64,000 bases of DNA, taken from positions 153,256 to 217,255 of the forward strand of contig CAZVGS010000001.1 of the NCBI GenBank assembly GCA_964627245.1. Direction: 5' to 3'. The translations under genes were made by a program, and so were the position numbers. The number at the start of each line of letters is the position of its first letter. The stretch's first letter is position 1. Source of the stretch: an uncultured Gammaproteobacteria bacterium (lineage in GTDB: Bacteria > Patescibacteriota > Microgenomatia > Levybacterales > GWA1-39-11). Of the stretch, positions 16,330 through 30,263 are shown piece after piece. The notes under the pieces were generated by a model that did not search any database, was not told where the DNA came from, and saw nothing but the letters and a program-made list of their open reading frames with translations.

Positions 16330-19300
16330 ATGGCAGAATTTGTCCACCTACATAACCATTCCGAGTATTCATTGCTTGACGGACTGTCAAGAATTGATCC
16401 AATGGTAGAGCATGCAAAAAAACTAGGCATGAAAGCAATGGCTATTACTGATCATGGAAATTTGTACGGAACAATTAAATTTTACAAGAAATGCATTGAC
16501 GAGGGAATAAAACCTATTATTGGATGTGAAATTTATGTAGCAAGAAGAAATCTGCATGATAAAGAGGCGGGCGTTGATAAAGATTACAATCACTTAATAC
16601 TTCTCGCAAAGGACAATGAAGGTTATAAGAACTTAATGAAGATAATTACCATATCGCACTTAGAAGGATATTACTACAAACCAAGAACTGATCTAAACCT
16701 TCTCAAAAAATATAGTAAGGGATTGATTTGTTTGACTGCATGCCTTAACGGATTTGTAAGCGAACCCCTCATTACAGGTGATGAAAAACTTGCAAAAGAA
16801 AGACTTCAAAAATTAATAGATATCTATGGTAAGGATGACTTATATCTTGAACTTCAAAGACATATAAAAGTTCCCGGTCAGGAAGAACTGAACAAAAAAC
16901 TTATACTGCTGTCAAAAGAATTCAATTTAGGGATTGTTGCAACGAATGACAATCACTATATTTCAAAGGACGACGCTGAAGCACAGGAACTTTTGCTTTG
17001 CATAGGAACCCAAACAACACTCCTTGATGAAAACCGCAAGCTCTCAATGATCGACTCACCTGATTTTTACATAAAAACAGAAAAGGAAATGACTGAACTA
17101 TTTAATGACTTACCGGAAGCAATCGCAAATACTGTACAGATTGCAGAAAAATGCAATCTTGAACTGACTCTTGGAAAATGGATTATGCCGACATATGAGG
17201 TGCCTGAAAATCTGACGCCTGCAGAGTACTTCAAGAAAATGATCGAAGAAAGGCTGCCGTTAAGATACAAAGAAATAACAAAAGAAATAAGAGAGAGAGT
17301 AGATTATGAAGTTGATATCATCTTAAAGAAAGGCTACGAAACCTACTTTTTAACTGTTGCAGACTTTGTTAATTGGGCAAAAGACAGAGGTATTAGCGTC
17401 GGTCCAGGCAGGGGCTCTGCTGCAGGATCGGTTGTCTCTTACGCCTTAAGGATAACCGACGTTGATCCATTCTATTTCAATTTACCTTTTGAACGATTTC
17501 TAAATCCTCAAAGACCCTCAGCGCCCGATATTGACCTTGATTTCGCGGATACCAGACGGGATGAAGTAATAGAATATGTAACTGAAAAGTACGGCAGAGA
17601 TAAGGTTGCGCAAATAATCACTTTCGGAACAATGGAAGCAAGAGGATCCGTTAGAGACGCTGGACGTGCATTGGGTATGCCTTATGCACAGCCTGATAGA
17701 ATTGCAAAAATGATACCTCCGGGCTGGCAGGGACATCACATGACAATTGATCTTGCACTTCAGCAAAGCAGTGAACTGAAAGCCGTATATAATTCGGAAC
17801 CCGAAACAAAGAGACTATTGGATATCGCAAGTAAATTGAATGGTGTCGCAAGGCACGCATCTGTACATGCAGCAGGGGTTGTGATTGCGGATAAAGATCT
17901 CACAGAATACGTTCCTCTTCAAAAAGAAACGAATGGCGACAAAATTGTAACCCAATACGATATGTATACTGTCGGTGAAGACGGCGTTGGCCTTTTGAAA
18001 ATGGACTTTTTAGGTCTTCGCAATCTTACAATTATTCAAGAAGCGTTAAGATTTATAAAGGAAAATCAAAATAAAGAAATTGATTTTCAAAAAATTTCAT
18101 ATGAAGATGAACCAACGTACAAACTTTTAGCAAGCGGGGAAACAACGGGAATTTTCCAACTCGAGTCTTCCGGGATGCGCCGGTATATAAAAGAGCTAAA
18201 ACCTACGACAATATTTGACGTTATGGCAATGGTTGCTTTGTACAGACCTGGTCCAATGCAAAATATACCGGAGTTTATTTCAAGAAAGCACAATCCTTCA
18301 AGAATTTCCTACCCTGACCCAAGACTAGAGGAAATTCTTGCAAATTCCTACGGAATATTAACGTATCAGGATGATGTTCTTTTAACGACGATTGCGCTCG
18401 CCGGGTACACTTGGCTTGATGCAGATAAATTTCGGAAGGCGATGGGAAAGAAAATACCTGCAGAAATGAAAAAACAGAAAGAAACATTTGTACAAGGAGC
18501 CGTCAAAAATGGTTTGACTCAAAAGAAGGCAGATGAGATCTTTGAATTAATTGCTCCATTTGCGGGGTATGGATTTAACAAGGCACACGCTTCCTGCTAT
18601 GCAACAATTGCTTTTAGAACGGCTTATCTTAAAGCACACTACTCCGTTGAATTTATGACAGCCTTGCTTACAGCCGAATCAAGAGGAATAACTGGTCCTC
18701 AGAAAAATGAGAAAATATCGGTTGCGGTTGCTGAGTGCAAAAGGCTTAAGATTGAAGTTTTGGGTCCCGATGTAAATAAATCTAAGGCCGATTTTTCCAT
18801 AGAAGACAATAAAATCCGCTTTGGGTTGTCGGCGGTCAAAAATGTCGGCTCAGCAGCTATTTCTACAATTCTTGAAGCTAGAGAAAGCGGCGAGTTCAAG
18901 GATCTTGCGGACTTTTGCAATAGGGTTGACCTATCTAAGGTTAACAAAAAAACCCTGGAGAGCCTTATCAAGACCGGGGCATTTGACAAATTCGGGAACA
19001 GGGCCTCACTTCTGTCATCCGTCTCAAGCATTGTTGCATCAATTACAAAAAAAGCGGTAAAAAAAACGTCACCACAAGCGAGTTTATTTGGGGATTTGCC
19101 TGAAACAGTAGGAATTAAAATGGATGTTGAGATATTTGATATCGAAGACTTTACCAAGAGTGAAAAATTAATGTTTGAGAGAGAACTCTTGGGCTTCTTT
19201 TTAACCGACCATCCATTGAACCAAAAATTAAACTCTTTATTCGCCTTTACAACACACAAGATACCTGAACTTGCCGAAGTAAAAAATGGAAATAAGGTAA

Positions 19301-19542
19301 AAATTGGAGGCTTGGTTGCATCGATAAAAAAAATATTCACTAAAAGATCCAATGAAGAGATGGCATTTGTGGCAATTGAGGACAACTTGGGAGCAACCAT
19401 CGAATGCGTAGTTTTTCCAAAAATATTTGAAAGAACCAAAAGTTATCTGGTTAAAGATGCAATAGTTGTGATCGAAGGTAAATTAGATTTTAAGGAAGAT
19501 CTCCCGGTCATAATCGTTGATGGGGTAAGAATACTGAATTAA
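16330..19542 (+). CDS. dnaE: DNA polymerase III alpha subunit
   Basis: It has the N-terminal PHP domain (HLHNHSEYSLLDG) and the polymerase core, spanning 1070 aa. Confidence 0.95.
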   Translation: MAEFVHLHNHSEYSLLDGLSRIDPMVEHAKKLGMKAMAITDHGNLYGTIKFYKKCIDEGIKPIIGCEIYVARRNLHDKEAGVDKDYNHLILLAKDNEGYKNLMKIITISHLEGYYYKPRTDLNLLKKYSKGLICLTACLNGFVSEPLITGDEKLAKERLQKLIDIYGKDDLYLELQRHIKVPGQEELNKKLILLSKEFNLGIVATNDNHYISKDDAEAQELLLCIGTQTTLLDENRKLSMIDSPDFYIKTEKEMTELFNDLPEAIANTVQIAEKCNLELTLGKWIMPTYEVPENLTPAEYFKKMIEERLPLRYKEITKEIRERVDYEVDIILKKGYETYFLTVADFVNWAKDRGISVGPGRGSAAGSVVSYALRITDVDPFYFNLPFERFLNPQRPSAPDIDLDFADTRRDEVIEYVTEKYGRDKVAQIITFGTMEARGSVRDAGRALGMPYAQPDRIAKMIPPGWQGHHMTIDLALQQSSELKAVYNSEPETKRLLDIASKLNGVARHASVHAAGVVIADKDLTEYVPLQKETNGDKIVTQYDMYTVGEDGVGLLKMDFLGLRNLTIIQEALRFIKENQNKEIDFQKISYEDEPTYKLLASGETTGIFQLESSGMRRYIKELKPTTIFDVMAMVALYRPGPMQNIPEFISRKHNPSRISYPDPRLEEILANSYGILTYQDDVLLTTIALAGYTWLDADKFRKAMGKKIPAEMKKQKETFVQGAVKNGLTQKKADEIFELIAPFAGYGFNKAHASCYATIAFRTAYLKAHYSVEFMTALLTAESRGITGPQKNEKISVAVAECKRLKIEVLGPDVNKSKADFSIEDNKIRFGLSAVKNVGSAAISTILEARESGEFKDLADFCNRVDLSKVNKKTLESLIKTGAFDKFGNRASLLSSVSSIVASITKKAVKKTSPQASLFGDLPETVGIKMDVEIFDIEDFTKSEKLMFERELLGFFLTDHPLNQKLNSLFAFTTHKIPELAEVKNGNKVKIGGLVASIKKIFTKRSNEEMAFVAIEDNLGATIECVVFPKIFERTKSYLVKDAIVVIEGKLDFKEDLPVIIVDGVRILN

Positions 19543-19547
19543 AAAGT

Positions 19548-19575
19548 CAATGTATATATGTATTGACTTAAATTT
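19548..19575 (+). terminator. Possible weak hairpin terminator after dnaE, overlapping the atp promoter
   Basis: AGTCAAT-gtatatatgt-ATTGACT is followed by taaatttt. The stem is AT-rich, so the call is weak. Confidence 0.25.
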
Positions 19576-19591
19576 TACTGTCGCTTACAAT
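19563..19591 (+). promoter_or_regulatory. Promoter of the ATP synthase operon: TTGACT-N17-TACAAT
   Basis: The sequence reads TTGACTtaaattttactgtcgctTACAAT. The -10 ends 12 nt before the atpB ATG at 19604. Confidence 0.5.
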
Positions 19592-19603
19592 TAGTACCGT
19601 CAA

Positions 19604-20795
<1,192 letters not shown>

Positions 20796-20819
20796 TTTTA
20801 GGATGTAAAAGATAAGACT

Positions 20820-21335
20820 ATGGAAATACTAAATCAATTTGGTTTTGATTTAAAACTATTTGTTGCACAAATAGTTAACTTTTTAGTGATTGCTTTTGTC
20901 TTTAAAAAGTTTTTATACAAGCCCATTCTGAGTATCCTTGACCAAAGGAAACTTACCATTAAAAAGGGTCTTTTGGATGCTGAGAGGGCGCAAAAGGAGC
21001 TTGAGAAGGCAGAAATCAAAAGCGAAGAACTTCTTAATAAGGCAAGTAAAGAAGCAGAGAAATTGATTGACGAAGCGAAAACACAAGCACAGGAAGCAAG
21101 AGAAGAAATGGTAGCAAAAACCAAATCGGATATTGAAAAAATGATGGCTGAAACCAAATTGCAAATAGATCTTGAACGAGAAAACTTCAAAAAGGAAGCT
21201 GAAGATTTGTCTTTGGAACTTTCAAGACAAATATTAAATCGAACATTAGGATCGTTATTTGACCCAAAACAAAAAGATATTCTAGTTAAAAAAGGTCTTA
21301 GCCTTATAGAACATGATAAACAAGCAAAAAATTAA
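20820..21335 (+). CDS. atpF: F0F1 ATP synthase subunit b
   Basis: It has an N-terminal TM helix and a long charged coiled coil (ERAQKELEKAEIKSEELLNKASKEAEKLIDEAK). Confidence 0.8.
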   Translation: MEILNQFGFDLKLFVAQIVNFLVIAFVFKKFLYKPILSILDQRKLTIKKGLLDAERAQKELEKAEIKSEELLNKASKEAEKLIDEAKTQAQEAREEMVAKTKSDIEKMMAETKLQIDLERENFKKEAEDLSLELSRQILNRTLGSLFDPKQKDILVKKGLSLIEHDKQAKN

Positions 21336-21663
21336 AAAATTAGCTCAAATTGCTGCTGAAAAGCCGCAAATACCAAGAGATGTCGAGGAATTCGTGTTGA
21401 CAAAAATGTCAAAGCAGGAGCTGAAGGATTTCTTAAAATACTTCAGACTTGAGCTTGATAAAAAGCGTGTCTATGTTGTATCATCAGACGCAATCTCAAA
21501 AGATAACTTGAACAGTCTTAAAAAGCAGTATGCAGACAAAGAACTTATCGAATCTCTTGATCAAACCATCGGAGGAGGCATTAAAATAAAAGACAATGAT
21601 CTTGTAATAGATTTTTCATTTAAAACATTTATAAATGACACAATTGAAAAAATTAAAAACTAA
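21313..21663 (+). CDS. atpH: F0F1 ATP synthase subunit delta, truncated form (C-terminal domain only)
   Basis: The C-terminal block ([19 protein letters not shown]...[28 protein letters not shown]) matches the delta C-terminal domain. It is only 116 aa against a usual length of about 180. It overlaps atpF by 23 nt. Confidence 0.6.
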   Translation: MINKQKIKKLAQIAAEKPQIPRDVEEFVLTKMSKQELKDFLKYFRLELDKKRVYVVSSDAISKDNLNSLKKQYADKELIESLDQTIGGGIKIKDNDLVIDFSFKTFINDTIEKIKN

Positions 21664-21665
21664 AT

Positions 21666-23179
21666 ATGAAAAGGGATGATTTTATCAATCAAATAGAAAA
21701 AAGGCTGGCAACAGTTCATTTTGATCCTAAAATTGAAAATGTGGGCAATGTTGAAAGTGTAAGTGACGGAATTGTACAAGCCACAGGCCTATCAAAAGTA
21801 GGATTTGGTGAAGAAGTGGAGTTTAGCAATGGAGTAAGAGGCATGGCATTCAATCTAAACGAAGACTCCATCTCGATAATACTACTTTCGGATAATCTTG
21901 AAATCAAGGAAGGCGATAAAATAAAAACGACAGGGAAAATACTGGGCATTAATGGGAACAGGGATCTAATCGGAAGGGTTTTGGATCCACTTCAAAACCC
22001 CCTGGACGGAAAAAAACTGGACACAAAAGGTGACCTCTACCCGCTTGAAAAAATTGCCCCCGGAGTAATCGAACGACAACCTGTTGACACTCCTCTAAAA
22101 ACCGGTATCAAAGCGATTGACAGCATGACGCCAATTGGACGCGGACAAAGAGAGCTTATTATCGGTGACAGAAATACGGGAAAAACGGCTATTGCAATTG
22201 ATACGATAATAAATCAAAAAAAGAAAGACCTTGGCCTTAAGAAAGTCATTTGTATTTATTGTGCAATTGGACAAAAAAGGAGCAATATCGCAAGAATTAT
22301 CGGCAAGCTTGAAGAAGAAGGAGCGATGGATTACACAATTGTGGTAGCCGCATCAGCATCAGATTCAGCAGCTCTGCAGTATCTTGCACCATTCACAGCA
22401 ACAGCCATTGGTGAGTACTTCATGGATCAAGGTGAAGATGTTTTAGTTGTTTTTGACGATTTTTCCAAACATGCATGGGCATATAGACAATTATCACTGC
22501 TTCTGAAAAGACCTGCCGGTCGTGAAGCGTATCCTGGTGATATTTTCTACCTTCATTCTAGGATTTTGGAGCGCTCGGCAAGAATGCAAGATAAGCTTGG
22601 AGGGGGCTCGCTAACTGCTCTTCCAATAATCGAGACTCAAGCAGCCGATAGCTCAGCATATATTCCGACAAATGTAATTTCAATAACAGACGGGCAGATT
22701 TATCTTGAAAATGATCTTTTCAATTCAGGCGTCAGACCTGCCATAAATACCGGACTCTCAGTTTCCCGGGTCGGAGGAGCTGCCCAGACTAAAGTAATGA
22801 AACAAATAGCAGGACCGTTAAGACTTGAGAGTGCACAGTTCCGCGAGCTAGCAGCATTTGCTCAATTCGGAAGTGACCTTGATGAAGCAACTCTCAGAAA
22901 AATTGAAAGAGGAAAAAGAGTTGCAGAAATTCTCAAACAACCGCAATATACTCCACTATCCGAGTACGAGCAGGTAATAAGCATCTATGCCGCCTCAACC
23001 GGATTACTTGATGATTTTCCGATTGAGAGAATTGCAGAATTTGAGGAGAAAATATTTGATTTTATTAAAATCAGGAATAAAAAACTGGTTGAAAGACTCA
23101 AAACTGGAGAAAAAATGGACGACAAAACGTCTGAAGAGCTTAAAAAGGTAATAGAAAGCTTTAAAAAAACTATTAAATA

Positions 23180-23180
<1 letters not shown>
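21666..23180 (+). CDS. atpA: F0F1 ATP synthase subunit alpha
   Basis: The Walker A motif is [18 protein letters not shown], and there is strong alpha-specific conservation throughout. Confidence 0.95.
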
Positions 23181-25425
<2,245 letters not shown>

Positions 25426-25430
25426 GCATT

Positions 25431-25838
25431 ATGTTCCAATTTGCAATATTATCCCCCATTGGAGAAGCTTATAATGACACAGTTGATGAAGTTACACTTC
25501 CAACCATGAGCGGTGATATTTCAATACTTACCCACCATATTCCACTTTTTTCTAAACTTTCGGAAGGATTGGCTATTATTTCAAAGGGGGGAAGAAAAAG
25601 TTCAATTGCAATTCTCGGAGGTTTCCTTGAGGTCAAAAATGACGTAGTTACAGTTCTTTCCGATTACGCAATCAAAGCTGAAAACATTCATACCGCAAAA
25701 GCTCTTGAGGCTAAGAAGCAGGCAGAAAGTTTTTTAGTTAACAAACAAAGTACTGCAGATTTACTAATGGCAGAGAAGGAGTTGCAAAGGTCATTATTAG
25801 AGCTTAAAGTTGCTGATAAAATAAAACACCACACATAA
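25431..25838 (+). CDS. atpC: F0F1 ATP synthase subunit epsilon
   Basis: It has an N-terminal beta-sandwich followed by a C-terminal helical hairpin, as expected for the epsilon fold. Confidence 0.85.
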   Translation: MFQFAILSPIGEAYNDTVDEVTLPTMSGDISILTHHIPLFSKLSEGLAIISKGGRKSSIAILGGFLEVKNDVVTVLSDYAIKAENIHTAKALEAKKQAESFLVNKQSTADLLMAEKELQRSLLELKVADKIKHHT

Positions 25839-25839
25839 T

Positions 25840-26568
25840 ATGCGCCGAAAACGGAACACCCGGCTTGCAAGAACAAGTGAACGGCAAAATAAAAGACAAG
25901 CAATTATTTTTGCTGCAAGTACTATTTTCGTAATTATAGTTCTTCTACAATTTGGACCCTTACTTATAAACGTTTTCGGAAATGCTGTATATACATTAAG
26001 AGGCGGTGATAACTCAGATAATAGTCAGATTACCGGAAATACGTTGCTTCAACCGCCAACGTTACTCGATATTCCACTGGCAACACAAAGCGCTAAAATT
26101 TCATTTTCAGGTGTTGCTCCAAGCAACGAGGGAATAATTGAAATTTACCTTAATGACGAGCTGGAGGAAGAGATTGAGCTCGATAACAAATCAAGCTTTA
26201 ATGTGGAAATAAGTGTTAAAAAAGGTAAAAATAGTGTTAAAGCAAGATATATTCTAGACACAAAGACAAGCCCGTTTTCCGAGGATATTTTTATAACCTA
26301 CACTACCGAAAAACCAAAACTTGATATTGCTACACCATCAGACGGCCAAACCTTTACAAAGGCCGACAAAAACATTAATGTTACCGGCAATACTGATCCC
26401 GAAGCAATTGTTACGATCAATAATTTTAGAGCAATAGTAGAATCTGACGGAAGTTTTAGCTATTTACTGCAGTTAAATGACGGCGAAAATCAAATTCAGG
26501 TAGTGTCAACAAATCAGGCAGGAGCAGTTGAGCAGAAGAATATTAAAGTCATTTATCAGCCTCAATAA
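25840..26568 (+). CDS. Membrane-anchored secreted protein with two predicted Ig-like beta domains
   Basis: It has a basic N-terminus, one TM helix and two roughly 90-aa beta-rich repeats. It starts 2 nt after the atpC stop. Confidence 0.55.
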   Translation: MRRKRNTRLARTSERQNKRQAIIFAASTIFVIIVLLQFGPLLINVFGNAVYTLRGGDNSDNSQITGNTLLQPPTLLDIPLATQSAKISFSGVAPSNEGIIEIYLNDELEEEIELDNKSSFNVEISVKKGKNSVKARYILDTKTSPFSEDIFITYTTEKPKLDIATPSDGQTFTKADKNINVTGNTDPEAIVTINNFRAIVESDGSFSYLLQLNDGENQIQVVSTNQAGAVEQKNIKVIYQPQ

Positions 26569-27739
26569 TATTCTTCCTAAACCCGATAACTAAAAACACC
26601 CATGAAATTATTGGAGTATAAAAAAGTGCATTCACAAAAAACCCTCCAATCAGAAGACTGACTAAGATACCGATTAAAAAAATGCCAAATTCTGCTTGTT
26701 CGTAAAAAAGTTCTTTATAAAGAAAGAAGTAACTCGCAACAAAAGGCGCAAACCCCAATATTCCGACGGTGGCAAATACAAAAATAAGACTATTGTCGCT
26801 TCCTGCATCCGCATTACTTTTCATCGAGCCAACGGTTTCCCTTGTAGAATACCGGAGCTGTGCATATCTATAAGCATTAAAGCCGGTTCCAAAATAAGGG
26901 TTCTTTTCAATAATTGTAAAAGCGTCTTTTAGAGAATCAAGCCTGTTTTGCGATGAAACCATTCTAAATGGGTTTGAGCCTTCTATCCTCGCGTCTGTGA
27001 ATAGCAAAAGAAAACCTAAAAGAACTATCAAAACCAGCAATATTTCCTTAAATTTTCTCTTTAAAATCATTATGCTTAATATTCCTGCAAGCAAAGCTAG
27101 AAAAGCCGTTCTTGAATAAGTTACATAAATCGCAACGAATGTGAAAAAGGCAATAAAAATATGAAAATAGGATTTACTCAAAGAGTTTTTCGAGATGTTG
27201 TAAATTAAAAATATAAAGAAGCAAACATAGAAAATTCCGGCAAAATTTGGATCCAGGAAAGTTGAAAACAGTCTGTATAAATGATTATCCCAACCAAGCG
27301 AGGTATAAGGACCTAAATCGTAAAAGAAAAAGTACTGTATAAAACCAAGAAAAAGAAACGCAGTGCCTGACAAGAGGATAGCTTTATTGATGTTAAAATT
27401 TCTTTCCGTAAAGGATGCAAGCATAATCAAGCTGATGCAGGCAAGATAACGTATCATATGCAAACTTGCTGTCAGCAAATTTATATCCTGGAAAAAATAA
27501 AAATTCAGAAGAAGACTTACAAAGCCGACCAAAAGGAAAATTAACTGAAATTTTATGAAATTGCTTTTCAACAGCAATCCGGTTCTTTCTTTTGCTTTGC
27601 TAAGTAAAAGAAAGAACAAAATCAGTATCACTATATCCAGCGGATTGACTGCAATGTTTGAACCTAAACGTAATCTAAATATTTGGCCAAGCGGAAAAAG
27701 TAAAAAGAATAGGTACGTAAACACTTTGATCAAGCTCAT
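26549..27739 (-). CDS. O-antigen ligase/polymerase family (Wzy_C-type) membrane protein
   Basis: It has about 10 TM helices and the characteristic loop YSRTAFLALLAGILSIMIL, which is the R-x-x-x-A motif of the Wzy_C family. Confidence 0.65.
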   Translation of the reverse strand: MSLIKVFTYLFFLLFPLGQIFRLRLGSNIAVNPLDIVILILFFLLLSKAKERTGLLLKSNFIKFQLIFLLVGFVSLLLNFYFFQDINLLTASLHMIRYLACISLIMLASFTERNFNINKAILLSGTAFLFLGFIQYFFFYDLGPYTSLGWDNHLYRLFSTFLDPNFAGIFYVCFFIFLIYNISKNSLSKSYFHIFIAFFTFVAIYVTYSRTAFLALLAGILSIMILKRKFKEILLVLIVLLGFLLLFTDARIEGSNPFRMVSSQNRLDSLKDAFTIIEKNPYFGTGFNAYRYAQLRYSTRETVGSMKSNADAGSDNSLIFVFATVGILGFAPFVASYFFLYKELFYEQAEFGIFLIGILVSLLIGGFFVNALFYTPIISWVFLVIGFRKNIIEADK

Positions 27740-29367
27740 AACTTGTAGAGTTTAACATGTGTTTTTGTGTTTTGATATATTTCCTTATCAAAGCCGGACT
27801 CCATCTCACCGTTTCTTATCAGAACATATTTTGCTTCCTTACTATCTCTCCATTCAGGAAGCGTAAACTTAAAATCTGCATAGTACAAGTTGTGAATCCC
27901 TATAACCAAAACTTTATCGTTCTTAACAATTTGTTTAATTTCTCCATTCTCATCATAGAAATCACCAAAGTCAAAATTTAATTTTTGCATTAAGAATTCT
28001 TGTTTTGATTGTAAGCCGAGCACAACCGGCACATATTTCAAAGACGCAAAAAATCTGTAGAAGACTGCAGACATAGAAATTAAAACTATCGTTATAATAA
28101 ATATATTACGTGTTCTTTTGGTCTTAACCTTACTCAACACAATAACTGCCAGCAAAGTAATTCCGGGAAGGTAAGGAGTCAAGAATCGGGAACCTCCTGC
28201 TTGATCTGTAGCATGCCAGACGCCAATATAAGTTGCCAAATACCACATTACGACAGAAGAGAATACATAAATAATTATGGCTAAGTGTTTTTTTAGTCTA
28301 TTCCATAAAATAAATAGCAACGGCAATGCAATAATGTAAACGGGATTTATAGGATCAGGTGACAAAAGAAACGCAGAAAACACATTCTTAATAATTACTA
28401 GCGGGTTGAGCGACCAAATCTCCAATCCGCTTGGACCGTAGTTTGAAAAAACAGGATAAAAGGGGTTTTTTGTATAAAAGAAGGATACTATAAACCATGG
28501 CATGGGAATTAGTAAAGTTAAAAAAATAAAACAAAAAGCATTTTTTAATGAATACGTTAACTTTTTAGAACTAAAAAGAATAACCAGAACAAATGCAAGC
28601 ATTGATACTAAGGAAATTATCTTTACCGAAACAGCAAGACCCAATAGAACCGAAGATATTAACAAGTGTTTTCTAATACCTGTAACACTGAATTTAAGAA
28701 TATAAAATAAGGCAATGGTTTCATAGAATGTTCTTGCCATCTCGACATACGAAGAAGCCATGAGCCAAGCTACAACTAGGTTTGAATTAAATATAAGTAT
28801 TCCCAGTAGAGCCCATTTTCTCGACAGATAAAGTCTTATTAACTGATATAAAACAACAGAAGTTGTGACAGAAAAAAAGTATTGAACCATTTTGGCAGCA
28901 ACTTCTCCTCCCAACATTAATGATGGAATATACAGCATTTCCGCAAGTTTTGGCATAAGTGAATAATAAAAGAGATTACCCTCAATAAAATTTATTGCTT
29001 CTCTTTGAATAAATATTTTTGGAATAGTAAGGTGATACCATAAAGCATCAAATCCAATTTCTGGTCCCAAAACTCCAACAAGACCTGTCAAAAACAACGC
29101 TCCGGTTAAACCGATTGTTATTTTCTCAAGAGTACTTAAATTAGCAGATTGAATACTGATATTTATCGAGTAATTCCTAAATCTCCATATCAAAGAAATA
29201 CCTGTTAAAATACTAAAAACAAGAACAGGAAATGGCTTCAAAATCCCAAGCAAGCCTATTAACAAAATTCCGTATGAATATATCCCCAGAGTTAAAGCAA
29301 TAATTAGCATATTATTTTGCTGCAAACGATATGTTGAAAATAGATAAAAAGGATCAAAGCCATCCAA
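27736..29367 (-). CDS. Polytopic GT-C-fold glycosyltransferase-like membrane protein
   Basis: It has 11 or more TM helices. The first loop carries FDALWYH (a D-x-x-x-Y/H GT-C-like motif). A C-terminal soluble domain of about 100 aa follows. Confidence 0.45.
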   Translation of the reverse strand: MDGFDPFYLFSTYRLQQNNMLIIALTLGIYSYGILLIGLLGILKPFPVLVFSILTGISLIWRFRNYSINISIQSANLSTLEKITIGLTGALFLTGLVGVLGPEIGFDALWYHLTIPKIFIQREAINFIEGNLFYYSLMPKLAEMLYIPSLMLGGEVAAKMVQYFFSVTTSVVLYQLIRLYLSRKWALLGILIFNSNLVVAWLMASSYVEMARTFYETIALFYILKFSVTGIRKHLLISSVLLGLAVSVKIISLVSMLAFVLVILFSSKKLTYSLKNAFCFIFLTLLIPMPWFIVSFFYTKNPFYPVFSNYGPSGLEIWSLNPLVIIKNVFSAFLLSPDPINPVYIIALPLLFILWNRLKKHLAIIIYVFSSVVMWYLATYIGVWHATDQAGGSRFLTPYLPGITLLAVIVLSKVKTKRTRNIFIITIVLISMSAVFYRFFASLKYVPVVLGLQSKQEFLMQKLNFDFGDFYDENGEIKQIVKNDKVLVIGIHNLYYADFKFTLPEWRDSKEAKYVLIRNGEMESGFDKEIYQNTKTHVKLYKL

Positions 29368-29429
29368 AAAATTATCAAGAAGTCTTTAAGTGAGATTTTG
29401 ATCTTCATTAAGCTTATGCTAGAGATAAC

Positions 29430-30179
29430 CTAGTTCTTAAGAAATAATTTTGCTCTTACTAAAAATGAGTGAAAACTCATCATCATAGCGTAGATAAATC
29501 CCGGAGTTCCGTCTTTATATCCCTTATTAAGGATATAGTTTTTAACGAATTTTCCTATTGGGAAGGCAATTATGCTGATAGGCTTTACGGATTTACTATT
29601 TTCGTAGAGTTCATCAGCTCTGAGAGTTGAATAATCGTCGATTTCTTTTAAGAATTCGTAAACGCTTTGGTGAGGCACGTGTATGAGGGGGGAAGATAAA
29701 TCCTCAGTCTTTCCAATAACTTTCCAGGTCTCGTGAACTTTACCATGCCATTTTCCGCTTCCTTTTTTAGCTAATCTCAAAAGTCTAACTTGACCAACCT
29801 CACCATGCTTCAATTCAATTCCCCACATCCTGTCAATTCTTTTAATATAATATCCTGCATTTTCACTTTCGTTAATCTTCTCTAATATCTCGTCCCTTAA
29901 TGTGATGCTGACAATTTCATCGGAATCAATAAAAAGTACCCATTGTCCGCTCGCAAAGTTTAGAGCGTAATTTCTTTGACTTGCAAAATTATTATTCAAA
30001 TCCCTTACGTAGATTTTCGATGTAAAATTCTTACAGAGTTCAATTGTTCTGTCGGTAGAATTATCATCCACAATTATTAATTCATCGGCAAAGGAAAGTT
30101 TTTCCAAGCAATCAACTATCCTTAACTCATCATTATGTGTCAAAACTACGGCTGTTATCTTTTTGTTCATATATACCAT
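29430..30179 (-). CDS. Glycosyltransferase family 2
   Basis: AVVLTHNDE...IIVDDNSTDRT...FIDSDE matches the DXD-containing GT2 fold. Confidence 0.8.
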   Translation of the reverse strand: MVYMNKKITAVVLTHNDELRIVDCLEKLSFADELIIVDDNSTDRTIELCKNFTSKIYVRDLNNNFASQRNYALNFASGQWVLFIDSDEIVSITLRDEILEKINESENAGYYIKRIDRMWGIELKHGEVGQVRLLRLAKKGSGKWHGKVHETWKVIGKTEDLSSPLIHVPHQSVYEFLKEIDDYSTLRADELYENSKSVKPISIIAFPIGKFVKNYILNKGYKDGTPGFIYAMMMSFHSFLVRAKLFLKN

Positions 30180-30263
30180 TCTATCTAAAACTTAGAATTC
30201 ATGCCACATACTGCCTGTACATACCAAAACAAGAACATTAGTTTGAAATCTGAAACGAAAATA

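Noticed and set aside
18699-19439. 246-aa minus-strand ORF
   Set aside because: It is antisense to the highly conserved dnaE C-terminal region. Its product is low-complexity (S/L/F-rich), with no start context or partner genes.
20834-21190. 118-aa and 83-aa minus-strand ORFs
   Set aside because: They are antisense to atpF and arise from the AAG/GAA-rich coiled-coil coding sequence.
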